From Candidatus Kapaibacterium sp. (GTDB taxonomy: Bacteria > Bacteroidota > Ignavibacteria > Kapaibacteriales > Kapaibacteriaceae), in assembly GCA_018883125.1 (NCBI GenBank), contig VEQR01000002.1, positions 20,023-84,022 of the forward strand: a stretch of 64,000 bases of DNA, given 5' to 3'. Below, piece after piece: positions 18,727 through 28,848 of this stretch. The translations under genes and the position numbers were made by a program. The notes under the pieces were generated by a model. It made no database searches. It worked only from the letters and a program-made list of their open reading frames with translations, and was not told where the DNA came from. How positions within the stretch are numbered: the stretch's first letter is position 1; every line of letters begins with the position of its first letter.

Positions 18727-20063
18727 CAGGACAGCAGAGTATCCGTTGAAAGTTTGCGGGCAATACGACGCGTGAGCAGTTCGCGAAGTCCGTCAAGCGA
18801 GATCTTCTCCACAACCTCTGTGATGAAGGCATAGGTCAGCAGAGCCTTGGCCGTGTCCTTGTCAATTCCACGCGAGCGGAAGTAGAAGATCGCTTCTTCG
18901 TCCACCTGACCCATGGTAGCCCCGTGGGAACACTTCACATCATCAGCCCAGATCTCCAGCTGTGGCTTCGCCTGCACTTGTGCCTTGGAGCTCAGAAGCA
19001 GCGTATGGTTTGACTGGTAGGCCGTGGTCTTTTGTGCTTGCGGGCGAACGTAAATCTTTCCGTTGAACACGCCCGTTGAACTGCCGTCGTAGATACCCTT
19101 GTAGAGCTCTTCGCTGTGGCAGTGCGGCACCATGTGGTCCACCACCGTATGATTGTCTGTGTATTCGTGATCGGCAAGAAGGCTTACGCCGAAGAGAAAT
19201 CCCTGACTTGATGGTTCACAAAGGCGAAGCGCAAGATCATTCCGCACAAAGCGTCCGCCGATACTGAGAGCATGCGACGTGAAGGTCGCATCGCGATGCA
19301 CATCAGCCGACACCGACGAGATCGATCGCGCAGCGTCCGCATCATCGGCGATCTTGAAGTACCGAATGTGGGCCATCGCCGATACGACAAATTCCACCAC
19401 CGTGGCATCGAGGACTGTTGCCTCACCGAATACGTGGTGCGACTGGACAATATCTACCTCTGCCCCCTGCTCAGCGATCACCAGCAGTCGTGGTGTGATG
19501 AGTGTGGGTGATGTGGAGTCTGATGTCTCGATCGACACATGGATCGGCGGTTCAACACGGACGTCCTTTCCGATGCGAAGAACAACTCCGCTCTCAAGCA
19601 GCGCTGTGTTCAGGGCAACGAACGGATGCGTGTTCATGGGGGCGCCGCTACCAAGGGCGCCGGCAATTGCTGCATCGTTCTCTACCAACTCCGGTGTGAG
19701 TTCGATGATCTCCACGCCGCTTGGCAGGGTGGAATCATCCACAATCACGCAACCATCGACGATACGAACGCTCACGTGCTGACCGAGTGCGGAGGCGATC
19801 TCCTTGGCCGATGCCGGCATCGTGTTTTGTGCGCTAACGGAGCCCCAATGCGTTGGGCGATAGGTAAAGTCCTGACCAATGAATGGAAAAACGTTGGTGT
19901 ACTTCCACTCTTCATGACGTGTTGTGGGAATGCCCATGCGGACGAATTCTCGAAGGCCTTCTCGACGCAGGTAACCAAGCCGTCCATCAGCAGCTTCTAC
20001 GGCCGCCTCAGCATGCACCGCAACGCGACTCTGGGCAAGCTCCACAAGTGAATGCTGCGACAT
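18726..20063 (-). CDS. sufD: Fe-S cluster assembly protein SufD
   Basis: 445 aa. It has a SufB/D-family C-terminal beta-helix pattern and sits between sufC and sufS. It shares 1-nt overlaps with both neighbours. Confidence 0.9.
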   Translation of the reverse strand: MSQHSLVELAQSRVAVHAEAAVEAADGRLGYLRREGLREFVRMGIPTTRHEEWKYTNVFPFIGQDFTYRPTHWGSVSAQNTMPASAKEIASALGQHVSVRIVDGCVIVDDSTLPSGVEIIELTPELVENDAAIAGALGSGAPMNTHPFVALNTALLESGVVLRIGKDVRVEPPIHVSIETSDSTSPTLITPRLLVIAEQGAEVDIVQSHHVFGEATVLDATVVEFVVSAMAHIRYFKIADDADAARSISSVSADVHRDATFTSHALSIGGRFVRNDLALRLCEPSSQGFLFGVSLLADHEYTDNHTVVDHMVPHCHSEELYKGIYDGSSTGVFNGKIYVRPQAQKTTAYQSNHTLLLSSKAQVQAKPQLEIWADDVKCSHGATMGQVDEEAIFYFRSRGIDKDTAKALLTYAFITEVVEKISLDGLRELLTRRIARKLSTDTLLS

Positions 20064-20830
20064 TATGCCTCCACCGCTGCTTCCTGCTTGAGCCAGTCAT
20101 AGCCACGCTGCTCAAGTTCAAGCGCAAGAGATTTGTCGCCCGACTTCACAATGCGTCCGTTCCAGAGAACATGCACAAAGTCTGGCACGATGTGATCAAG
20201 CAGGCGCTGGTAGTGTGTGATGACGATCGTTGCATTGTCACTTCGACGTAGGGCATTCACACCCGAAGCCACGATTCGTAGGGCATCGATATCCAGACCC
20301 GAATCTGTTTCGTCTAGCACAGAAAGAACAGGGTCTAGCATCGCCATCTGAAAGACCTCATTTCGTTTCTTCTCGCCCCCTGAGAAACCTTCATTGAGCG
20401 AGCGCTGTAGGAACGATGGATCCATTTCAACCAGTGCCATGCGCTCGCGCATCAGCGCAAGAAATGCCGCAGGGTCAAGGGGCTCCTGTCCGCGATGCTT
20501 GCGAACTTCGTTGACGGCTGTCTTCACGAAGTTGGCTGTTGAAACACCCGGGATCTCAACCGGATACTGAAATGCTAGGAAGAGTCCTTCACGTGAGCGT
20601 TCTTCCGGGACCAGATCCAGAAGCTCTTTGCCTTGGAACACGACAGAGCCAGCGGTGACGGTGTAATCTTCTCTTCCTGCCAGGACCGAGGCCAGTGTCG
20701 ACTTCCCGGAACCATTGGGTCCCATGATGGCGTGGATCTCGCCGGCATTGACCGTCAGGTTGATGCCTTTGAGGATCTCCCGGTCATCGATCGATGCATG
20801 TAGATTGGAAATCTGCAATAGTGGTGTCAT
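20063..20830 (-). CDS. sufC: Fe-S cluster assembly ATPase SufC
   Basis: 255 aa. The motifs [28 protein letters not shown] and VITHY are present. Confidence 0.95.
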   Translation of the reverse strand: MTPLLQISNLHASIDDREILKGINLTVNAGEIHAIMGPNGSGKSTLASVLAGREDYTVTAGSVVFQGKELLDLVPEERSREGLFLAFQYPVEIPGVSTANFVKTAVNEVRKHRGQEPLDPAAFLALMRERMALVEMDPSFLQRSLNEGFSGGEKKRNEVFQMAMLDPVLSVLDETDSGLDIDALRIVASGVNALRRSDNATIVITHYQRLLDHIVPDFVHVLWNGRIVKSGDKSLALELEQRGYDWLKQEAAVEA

Positions 20831-22269
20831 CCGACGCTTCCTTCGAGTGAAATGGCAAGGAGTTTCTGTGCTTCGACGGCGAATTCCATCGGAAGCTGAT
20901 TGAGGACCTCACGAGCGTAGCCGTTAACGATGAGGGCAACTGCGGCCTCGGTATCAATGCCGCGCTGGTTACAGTAAAACAGCATGTCTTCGCCGATCTT
21001 CGACGTCGTGGCCTCGTGCTCTACGGTGGCCGAGTTGTTGGCGACTTCGAGGTACGGGAAAGTGTGAGCGCCGCAGGCATCACCGATAAGCAGCGAATCG
21101 CACTGAGAGAAGTTGCGAGCCCCCTGCGCAACAGGCAACACCTTGACGAGACCGCGATAGGAGTTCTGAGACACACCGGCCGAGATACCCTTCGATACGA
21201 TGCGGGACCGGGTGTTGCGTCCGATGTGGATCATTTTCGTACCGGTGTCTGCCTGCTGCTTGTTGTTGGTCACAGCAACGGAGTAAAATTCACCGATCGA
21301 ATTGTCTCCCTTGAGCACAACGCTCGGATACTTCCACGTAATGGCCGAACCAGTCTCGACCTGCGTCCAGGAGATCTTACTATCCACACCTGCGCAGATT
21401 CCCCGCTTGGTCACGAAGTTGTAGATACCGCCTTTGCCGTCCTTGTCCCCAGGGAACCAGTTCTGAACTGTCGAATACTTGATCTCCGCGCGGTCGTGGG
21501 CAACGAGCTCTACCACCGCTGCATGGAGCTGATTTTCGTCGCGCTGCGGAGCCGTACACCCTTCGAGATAGCTGACGTAGCTGCCCTCATCGGCAATGAT
21601 CAGCGTCCGCTCAAACTGCCCCGTGTTGCGGGCATTGATACGGAAGTAGGTGCTGAGTTCGATTGGGCAACGAACACCCTTCGGGATGTAGACAAATGAT
21701 CCGTCGCTGAACACTGCCGAGTTGAGGGCGGCGTAGAAGTTGTCATTTGTCGGCACCACTGAACCGATATACTTTCGGACGAGCTCAGGATGATTCTCAA
21801 GTGCCTCACTGATCGGACAGAAGATGATACCGAGCTCAGCCAGCTTGTCCTGGAATGTCGTCTTAACACTGACAGAATCCAGCACAAAATCCACGGCAAC
21901 GCCTGCCAGGACCTTCTGTTCCTCAAGGGGAATTCCCAGCTTCTCGAATGTTGCCAGAATCTCGGGATCGACCTCATCTAACGAGTTCAGCTCGGGCTTC
22001 TTCTTCGGAGCTGCCCAATAGATGATGTCCTGAAAGTCTACAGGCGGATAGTCGACGTTCGGCCACATTGGCTCTTTCATCGACTTCCATTGCTCGAAGG
22101 CCTTCAATCGCCATTCGAGCATCCACTCCGGCTCGTTCTTACGATCCGATATGAATCGGATAACGTCCTCGTTAAGCCCCTTTGGCAGGAGCTCCTGTTC
22201 GATATTGGACGTGAATCCGTATTTGTAATCGCTTCCGACGATTTCGTCGAGTATCGTTTGCTGGTCCAT
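20827..22269 (-). CDS. sufB: Fe-S cluster assembly scaffold SufB
   Basis: About 480 aa with highly characteristic SufB blocks ([48 protein letters not shown]). The ATG at 22269 is preferred over the TTG at 22278. Confidence 0.95.
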   Translation of the reverse strand: MDQQTILDEIVGSDYKYGFTSNIEQELLPKGLNEDVIRFISDRKNEPEWMLEWRLKAFEQWKSMKEPMWPNVDYPPVDFQDIIYWAAPKKKPELNSLDEVDPEILATFEKLGIPLEEQKVLAGVAVDFVLDSVSVKTTFQDKLAELGIIFCPISEALENHPELVRKYIGSVVPTNDNFYAALNSAVFSDGSFVYIPKGVRCPIELSTYFRINARNTGQFERTLIIADEGSYVSYLEGCTAPQRDENQLHAAVVELVAHDRAEIKYSTVQNWFPGDKDGKGGIYNFVTKRGICAGVDSKISWTQVETGSAITWKYPSVVLKGDNSIGEFYSVAVTNNKQQADTGTKMIHIGRNTRSRIVSKGISAGVSQNSYRGLVKVLPVAQGARNFSQCDSLLIGDACGAHTFPYLEVANNSATVEHEATTSKIGEDMLFYCNQRGIDTEAAVALIVNGYAREVLNQLPMEFAVEAQKLLAISLEGSVG

Positions 22270-22275
22270 AGGCGG

Positions 22276-22283
22276 CAAATATA
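22276..22283 (-). promoter_or_regulatory. Candidate Bacteroidetes-type -7 box (TATATTTG) in front of sufB
   Basis: The minus strand reads TATATTTG, an exact match to TAnnTTTG. The G lies 6 nt before the sufB ATG at 22269. No clear -33 TTTG element was seen. Confidence 0.3.
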
Positions 22284-22404
22284 CGACTGTTTTGGTCCTA
22301 GATTAGTGCAGAAGCCGCCACGTGAAACGCGAAGCGCCCCTTCCGCCGGCCAGAACAGGCAAAAGGGGCGCATCGTTCCCGCCGGAGCGGGTGAGTTTTT
22401 GGTG

Positions 22405-25400
22405 TTAGCGTGCTATGACAACCTTTGCACGCGCGGTGAGTGCACCATCGGCGAACTCGACAGTGTACATGCCCGGAGCCAGCATGTCCGTCTTCAGACG
22501 CACATCGAACGACTGGCCAGATGTGGCGACGGACTGCGTGGCAACCTTGCTGCCGCTCATATCGAAGATCGTCAAGCGCGCGGTGGCACTTGGCGCGTGC
22601 TCCAGATTCAAACGGACGGAAACGTCAGCGTCTGCGGGAATCGGACCGAGTACACGCAGGAGTGATGAGGCCGTCTCGTCATCATCAACGGACGTGCCAT
22701 CCATGACAACAACCGTTGCAGCCGTTGTGGTGACCGTGCCGCAACCACCCGTTACGGCGCACGTGTATTGTCCTTCATCCGCCTTTGCCGCAGCGGCAAC
22801 GGTAAAGTCAGCTGCCGTAGCGCCGGAGATATCAACTCCACCCTTGCTCCACTGGTATGCTAGCGTAGAACCAGTGGCACTTACAGACAACGTAAAGGAC
22901 TTGCCTTGATCCACCGTCAGTCCTGCAGGCTGCTTGGTTATCTCAGTCGGTGTTCCAGCCAGAACGTTGACCGTTGTGGACGTAACACTTGGATTACAGG
23001 TTCCCGTTACTAGACAGTCGTACTTGCCGAGCGTTGAAGCATCCACCGATGCGATCGTGTAGGTGGACTCTGTAGCACCGCTGATGTTCACGCCGGCCTT
23101 GCGCCACTGGTACTTGAGTCCGGCACCGCTTGCCGTGATCGACAGCGTTGCAGGCTTTCCACCGCAGGCGGAAACATCAACAGGCTGCTTTGTGATCGCA
23201 GGAGTGCTTGAGATCGTGAATGGGGTGATAAGCTCGCTGAGGTGACCATGAATCGTCGTGATGCGGGCCAGATACAATCCTGGGGCTAGGTTCGGCACCT
23301 TCCACAGATAGCTCCGTCCACCAACATTCTTCGCAACATCCGTCCAAACATTTGAACCAGCAGCGGAGTACTGGATCTGGAACTTGGCTGTGTCCGGGAA
23401 GCCCTGTGCAGACCACGAGATCGGACGACTTGAGCCGATGCAGTACACTTCACCACCGGCAGGAGCCGTAAGCTCGATAACACCAAATGCGTGCTTGGCA
23501 ACGTAACCGTGAAGTCCAGCCGATGCCTTTGATGCGGACTTTGGATAGGTGGTCAGGTTCGTGGACGTGGTACTTGCAATGTAGTACGGGTTGCCAAGTG
23601 GATCCACAGAAAGGGCCTTGACGGTGTCTTTTCCATTCCCCGACACATACGTAGCATAGATATTCGTTGCGAGGTTGATTGACGCAATGAAACCATCGGT
23701 CTGCCCGGAACGGGTTGAAACAATGCCGCTACCCGTTAACGGGAAATTCTCTGAGTTGGTAGTTCCGCCCAAAAGGACCGTAGATCCTGAAGCGATCCGC
23801 AATGCATAGGCGGCGTCATCGCCCGAACCGCCGTAGTATGTAGTACCGACCAATTCGCGTCCATCATCAGCAAAGACCGACAGGTACGCATCACGCTTAC
23901 CAAAGGTCGTTGTATTGAGAGTACCAATCGCCGGAAGATTCGTCGATGTGGTCCATCCGGTGATGTACGCGCGTCCGAGATCGTCCACCGCGATCGCCGT
24001 TGCTTCCTCGTCGTTATTGCCGCCGAAGTAGGTCGAATAGGTACCGTCATCAGTGGTGGCAAGTGTTAGATCGCGACTGAATTTTGAGACGAAACAGTCA
24101 GTGATACCACCGTTGTATGAGTCATCGGCAGGCTTACGACCCGAAGCGAATCGGTCAGCGGTCGGGGCAATCTCAAAGTTCGACGACATCGTCGATCCAG
24201 TCACGAACACGCTGTTGGACTTGTCGATGGTCATGGCCGTGATGACGTCATTGTTCGAGCCACCGAAGAAGCGCGACAGCTGCATTGAACCATTGGCCGA
24301 GAATGTTGCAACGAAACAGTCGATCTGTCCCTGATTTGCTCCGCCGCCCGGAACGACACGCGTTGAAGGGGGCCGACCCCAGCTACCGGGAATGTTGATG
24401 GTGATCGTAGCCGGGAATGTTACCGGGAAGTTTGTCGTCGACGACGTGCTACCGGCAATGAAAATCACACCCTCTTGGTCTACGGCAATGGCACGGGCGA
24501 TATCGTCCTTGTTGCCGCCATGATAGAATCCAACGATCAGCTTCTTCAGCGTCGAATCAAGCTTTGCTACGAAAGCATCCGAGAGGGCTTTGTAGATCTT
24601 ACCTGTAACGCCGGAGGTCGTTGGGAAATCGTTGGAGATCGTTTCACCCGCAACGTACACGTTGTTCGACTTATCGCGTGTCAATGCACGAATGCGATCA
24701 TCCGAACCACCGCCGATAAACGTATAGGAGAGAACATTTTCAAGACGCGAATCCATCCGAACGAGGAATCCGTCCAGCTTACCCTTGACTGCCGTGCTAT
24801 ACCCGCCCGGCGCTGCTGGAACGTCGAGCTCGGATGTGTTACCAGCGACAATCACATCTCCATTACTCAGATATTCCAGATCAACGAGTTCATCATCGCC
24901 ATTGCCGCCGATGAATGAACCGTACACGGTGGACGTTACCGGTGAAACGTCGGCCAACTCCTGCTTGCCCCCGCCGCCGAGGATCTCACAGCGGATTGCT
25001 GATAGGTCAGCCCCCTGACGGGCAACAACGTTGCGGACAACGCGTCCGTCCTCAACAAGCGAGTACGTGAACGTCACCCCAGGATAGTAGTCCACAAGCG
25101 AAACGCGAGAGACAACAGGAGCTGAAAACCATTGTGTTTGGTCACTCCCCTTGATGAAGGACACAGTAGAGATGGCCTCGCTGGTGCGCTGCTCGAACCG
25201 TGGATTGACGTCGCGGAAGGCCTCCTGGGTGACGGTTCCGGTGCGCATGCGGTCGGCTGAAACCTCGAACTTGTCGGTGACCACACCTGTTCGCGTAATC
25301 CAGACATTGGCGCCGTTTTGGCGCACAGCATACAGGACGTGCGAAGGCCACTGCCCGACGTTGGCAATAAAGCCCTTCAGGTTCGCCGTCCCTGCGTTGG

Positions 25401-25494
25401 TCTCAGCGGCAGAAGCAACGTTCGAGGCTATAATGAGAAGGGATACGAGCGTCAGGCCTAGTGTCCTGAGGGTCGTCGCGATGCTTTTGTCCAT
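22405..25494 (-). CDS. Secreted SBBP beta-propeller repeat protein with Ig-like domains and a T9SS C-terminal domain (paralog 1)
   Basis: The ATG at 25494 gives MDKSIATTLRTLGLTLVSLLIIASNVASAAE. The N-terminal module reads FIANVGQWPSHVLYAV. SBBP-like repeats recur (DAFVAKL..GG..DD..AIAVD..G.IFIAG.T.S..FP). Two Ig-like units of the YQW.K.G..ISGAT...YT......D.G.Y.C.VTG.CG type follow. The C-terminus GMYTVEFADGALTARAKVVIAR looks like a sorting domain. Confidence 0.75.
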   Translation of the reverse strand: MDKSIATTLRTLGLTLVSLLIIASNVASAAETNAGTANLKGFIANVGQWPSHVLYAVRQNGANVWITRTGVVTDKFEVSADRMRTGTVTQEAFRDVNPRFEQRTSEAISTVSFIKGSDQTQWFSAPVVSRVSLVDYYPGVTFTYSLVEDGRVVRNVVARQGADLSAIRCEILGGGGKQELADVSPVTSTVYGSFIGGNGDDELVDLEYLSNGDVIVAGNTSELDVPAAPGGYSTAVKGKLDGFLVRMDSRLENVLSYTFIGGGSDDRIRALTRDKSNNVYVAGETISNDFPTTSGVTGKIYKALSDAFVAKLDSTLKKLIVGFYHGGNKDDIARAIAVDQEGVIFIAGSTSSTTNFPVTFPATITINIPGSWGRPPSTRVVPGGGANQGQIDCFVATFSANGSMQLSRFFGGSNNDVITAMTIDKSNSVFVTGSTMSSNFEIAPTADRFASGRKPADDSYNGGITDCFVSKFSRDLTLATTDDGTYSTYFGGNNDEEATAIAVDDLGRAYITGWTTSTNLPAIGTLNTTTFGKRDAYLSVFADDGRELVGTTYYGGSGDDAAYALRIASGSTVLLGGTTNSENFPLTGSGIVSTRSGQTDGFIASINLATNIYATYVSGNGKDTVKALSVDPLGNPYYIASTTSTNLTTYPKSASKASAGLHGYVAKHAFGVIELTAPAGGEVYCIGSSRPISWSAQGFPDTAKFQIQYSAAGSNVWTDVAKNVGGRSYLWKVPNLAPGLYLARITTIHGHLSELITPFTISSTPAITKQPVDVSACGGKPATLSITASGAGLKYQWRKAGVNISGATESTYTIASVDASTLGKYDCLVTGTCNPSVTSTTVNVLAGTPTEITKQPAGLTVDQGKSFTLSVSATGSTLAYQWSKGGVDISGATAADFTVAAAAKADEGQYTCAVTGGCGTVTTTAATVVVMDGTSVDDDETASSLLRVLGPIPADADVSVRLNLEHAPSATARLTIFDMSGSKVATQSVATSGQSFDVRLKTDMLAPGMYTVEFADGALTARAKVVIAR

Positions 25495-25572
25495 GTTAGG
25501 AAGGCTAATGGGAGTGAAAATGGAGTTCAACATTAAACAATAACACCCAAACCGTATTACGGTTACAAGACA

Positions 25573-25616
25573 CAGAAAAGAAAAGAGGCGTTCGCCGGAA
25601 AATCGGCGGACGCCTC
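25573..25616 (-). terminator. Rho-independent terminator after SBBP paralog 2
   Basis: The minus strand reads gaggcgtccgccg-attttc-cggcgaacgcctc followed by ttttcttttctgtg. It lies 33 nt downstream of the stop at 25649. Confidence 0.65.
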
Positions 25617-25648
25617 AACATCAAGTGCTGGTCGATTATCTCTGTTCT

Positions 25649-28600
25649 TTACCGAACCACCGTCAGCGGCAGTGTCCACGTTCCAGCAGTCGAGATGATC
25701 TTCAGAACATGCAACCCAGATTGACAGTTCTTTGTGGAGATCGCCACATCGTGCGTTCCCGCAGTGAGACCGCCGGTAGCAAGAGTCTCAACAACCCGGC
25801 CCCGCAGGTCCATCACGGCAACCGAAAGGTCCGTGGCCATGGAAAGTTCGATTCGCACGACGGCTTCGTCTGCAACGGGATGGCGTCCGACCACACGCGC
25901 AGACGAGAAGATGTCTGAATCCTCGTCCACCGACGTGCCTTCAACAACGATGGCTGCCTTGTCTGATGTTACGGCACCACACCCACCCGTTACCGTACAC
26001 GTATAGTCTCCGGCATCAGCAGGTTCGGCAGCGGATACAGTATAATCGGCCGATGTTGCACCAGAAATCGGCGCAGAGTTGCGTGACCACTGATAGCTGA
26101 GCGTTGAGCCCGTAGCTGCGACCGAAAGCGTGAAGGGACTACCGCTCTGCACAGTCAGGCCCGCAGGCTGTCTGGTGATAGCTGTAGCCGCAGCGGTTGT
26201 CAGATTCACACTCGCCGAGGTGATCGACGGATTACACGTGCCGGTAACCACGCAGTCGTATCTGCCGAGCGTGCCGGCATCGACCGTGACAACAATCGAA
26301 TCTGCTGTAGCCCCTGATATGTTCTGCCCACCACGACGCCACTGGTACTTCAATCCCGCACCGTCGGCCTTGAGACGCATCACGGCCTGGCCACCCGGAC
26401 ACGCACTGGCATCCTTCGGCTGGGACGATATCGCAGGTGGGTTCGAGATGATAAAGGGGCTTATCAGGCGACTCATGTGACCACGAGAGGTCGTCAGGCG
26501 CAGATGATACTGCCCGGTTGGAACATTAGGAACCTTCCAAGAGAAACTGCGTCCCTGAGCAACGCGAGTCACGACGGTCCAATTGGTCGTACCTGTCGGG
26601 GCAAGTTCGATAGAATACTTGGTGGTGTCCGGCATTCCCTGAGCTCCCCAGGATACTGCCTTATTCGAGCCTGCACACCAGGTTTCGCCAGCCAGCGGAG
26701 CAGTGAGTTCAATGGTTCCATAGGCGTACTTACCCACAAACACGTTTTGTCCGGAAGATTTACCTTGAGCGGCAGAATCCGGAGTTCGAAAGTTGTCCGA
26801 AGTGGTCGACATCGCATAGTACAGGTCTCCGGCAGGCTCTGTGGCCAGCCCCATGATCGAGTCGGCATCGGCACCGGAAATCAGTGTGGTATAGACGTTC
26901 GTGCTTGTGTTCAATAGCGCAACAAAGCCATCTGTGGTGCCGGCACGCTCATTGGTCGCCCCTTCGCCTGCAGCAGGAAAATCATTGGACTGAGTTGCGC
27001 CGTACATCACCGCCAGCTTGTTCTGCGTGTTGTACCGCACACCGTAGGCCTCGTCGTTACCCGTACCTCCAAAGTATGTGGCGCCAGCAAGCTTCTGGCC
27101 GTCGTCGCTGAACACGGCCAGAAAGAGGTCCTGACCACCGATGCGCTGCGTTATCAGCGTACCCACACAGTCGAGGTTGGTGGACGTCGTTACCCCTACA
27201 ACCTGAGCACGGCCTTGTTCATCGACAAAAATCCCGCGCCCTGTCTCATCACCGCTTCCTCCGAAATAGGTCGAGTACGTGCCGTCATCGGATTTTGCCA
27301 GGGCGAGCTCGTTGTTGAGCTTGACGACAAAGGCATCGGTGTTTCCACCATTGAAAACACGGTCATACGGCAAACGTCCTGAAGCAAAGAAGCCTGATGT
27401 AGGAGCCGTTTCGAAATTGGGCGACGTGGTCGAACCGGTAAAGTACACGCTGTTTGATGCGTCGATGCACATCGCTGTGACAAGGTCAACACCCTCACGA
27501 CCAAAATACCGTGACTGTTGAAGCGTACCAGTAGCCGAGAAGAAAGCCAGAAAGATGTCCGTGAGTCCTTGGTTACCTCCCCCGCCCGGCTCGGTTGTTG
27601 TGCGGCCACGCCAGTCACGACGAGTGGCAGTCACCGGAAAGGTAACGGGCAGGTTCAACGTGGATGTGGTGTTGCCGGCAATGAAAATCACCCCGTTCTG
27701 ATCTGCAGCAATAGCTACTCCACGATCGTCCTTGTTGCCACCGTGATAACCGCTGACAATGAGCTTGTTGAGCGTACTGTCGAACTTGGCGATGTACGCA
27801 TCAATACCTGCCTTGTAGAGCTGACCCGATGCGCCCGAGGTGACCGGTAGATCCGGAGAATTCGTTTCACCCGTCACGTACACATTGTTCGATCGGTCTT
27901 TGATGATCGACGTGATCTTATCCTCGCCTGAACCGCCGTAGAACGAAAACGACAGAACCTTTTGAAGCTTCCGGTCCATGCGCGCAAGGAATCCGTCCAG
28001 AAGACCCTTCAATGAACGGGAGTATCCACCTGTTGCGCCGGAGTATTCCATTGACGTTGTGCTACCGGCAATGATCACATCACCATTTGACAAATACTCG
28101 AGTCCTGCAACAAGATCAGTTCCCGTACCACCAAGGTAGGAACCATAGACCACTGATGTCGCGGGCGTAACATTGGACCTCGTTGATGCATCGTCATCGA
28201 TCTCGACCATCAGTGCAGAACGCTCAGCACCTGGACGGAGAACAACGTCCTGTCGGAGTCCATCACCGCCGACACTGTAGCGCACGTCTGCTCCCGGGAC
28301 AACGTTGTGGACGACGGCGATGGAATAGACCGGAGCAGAGAACCACTCGGACTCGCCCCTGCCCCGGAAAAAGTTCACACGGCTTACCGCGCCCACCGAG
28401 CTCACACGGGCACGCGGATCGGCATTGACAAACGTCCGACGTTCGATGCGTCCATTGCGCATCTGGTTCGCGACGTCAACGCCGTACTTGTCAACTTCGA
28501 CGCCAAATCGCGTGATCCAAACGTCCACCCCCTGCTGTCGCGAAAGAAACAGCACATGCGCAGGCCATTGACCGACATTTGCTATCAAGCCGTCGACGCG

Positions 28601-28699
28601 CGGATTCGTGGAATTGACGGTGCCGGCCCGAACCGAACTGTGCGTGATGACTAAGACCATTGCTGCTGCAATGACCGAAAAAAGTGAGCGGAGACTCAT
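25649..28699 (-). CDS. Secreted SBBP beta-propeller repeat protein with Ig-like domains and a T9SS C-terminal domain (paralog 2)
   Basis: The ATG at 28699 gives MSLRSLFSVIAAAMVLVITHSSVRAGT. It is collinear with paralog 1 along its full length, with long near-identical blocks (YLSNGDVI.AG, LDGFL.RMD, RSNNVYV.GET, YHGGNKDD, GVIFIAG). It has the same Ig-like units and sorting tail. Confidence 0.75.
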   Translation of the reverse strand: MSLRSLFSVIAAAMVLVITHSSVRAGTVNSTNPRVDGLIANVGQWPAHVLFLSRQQGVDVWITRFGVEVDKYGVDVANQMRNGRIERRTFVNADPRARVSSVGAVSRVNFFRGRGESEWFSAPVYSIAVVHNVVPGADVRYSVGGDGLRQDVVLRPGAERSALMVEIDDDASTRSNVTPATSVVYGSYLGGTGTDLVAGLEYLSNGDVIIAGSTTSMEYSGATGGYSRSLKGLLDGFLARMDRKLQKVLSFSFYGGSGEDKITSIIKDRSNNVYVTGETNSPDLPVTSGASGQLYKAGIDAYIAKFDSTLNKLIVSGYHGGNKDDRGVAIAADQNGVIFIAGNTTSTLNLPVTFPVTATRRDWRGRTTTEPGGGGNQGLTDIFLAFFSATGTLQQSRYFGREGVDLVTAMCIDASNSVYFTGSTTSPNFETAPTSGFFASGRLPYDRVFNGGNTDAFVVKLNNELALAKSDDGTYSTYFGGSGDETGRGIFVDEQGRAQVVGVTTSTNLDCVGTLITQRIGGQDLFLAVFSDDGQKLAGATYFGGTGNDEAYGVRYNTQNKLAVMYGATQSNDFPAAGEGATNERAGTTDGFVALLNTSTNVYTTLISGADADSIMGLATEPAGDLYYAMSTTSDNFRTPDSAAQGKSSGQNVFVGKYAYGTIELTAPLAGETWCAGSNKAVSWGAQGMPDTTKYSIELAPTGTTNWTVVTRVAQGRSFSWKVPNVPTGQYHLRLTTSRGHMSRLISPFIISNPPAISSQPKDASACPGGQAVMRLKADGAGLKYQWRRGGQNISGATADSIVVTVDAGTLGRYDCVVTGTCNPSITSASVNLTTAAATAITRQPAGLTVQSGSPFTLSVAATGSTLSYQWSRNSAPISGATSADYTVSAAEPADAGDYTCTVTGGCGAVTSDKAAIVVEGTSVDEDSDIFSSARVVGRHPVADEAVVRIELSMATDLSVAVMDLRGRVVETLATGGLTAGTHDVAISTKNCQSGLHVLKIISTAGTWTLPLTVVR

Positions 28700-28848
28700 G
28701 GGAACATTCCTCTGTTCAATAGGCGATGGAAGCACTACTTTTGCGAACGCAAAATTAGCTTGCGCGCAATTCACAGGCTGGGAAACCGACGACATCGACG
28801 ACTCGTTCCAGGCCTTAATGTGACATTCACATTCCGAATATTTTCCCC

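Noticed and set aside
22333-22371. Hairpin gcgcccctt...aaggggcgc downstream of the 22405 gene, considered as a terminator
   Set aside because: The loop is 18-19 nt and the trailing sequence on the minus strand (ttcgcgttt) is only weakly T-rich. The neighbouring cccgc/gcggg hairpin has its T-run on the wrong strand. This is too ambiguous to call.
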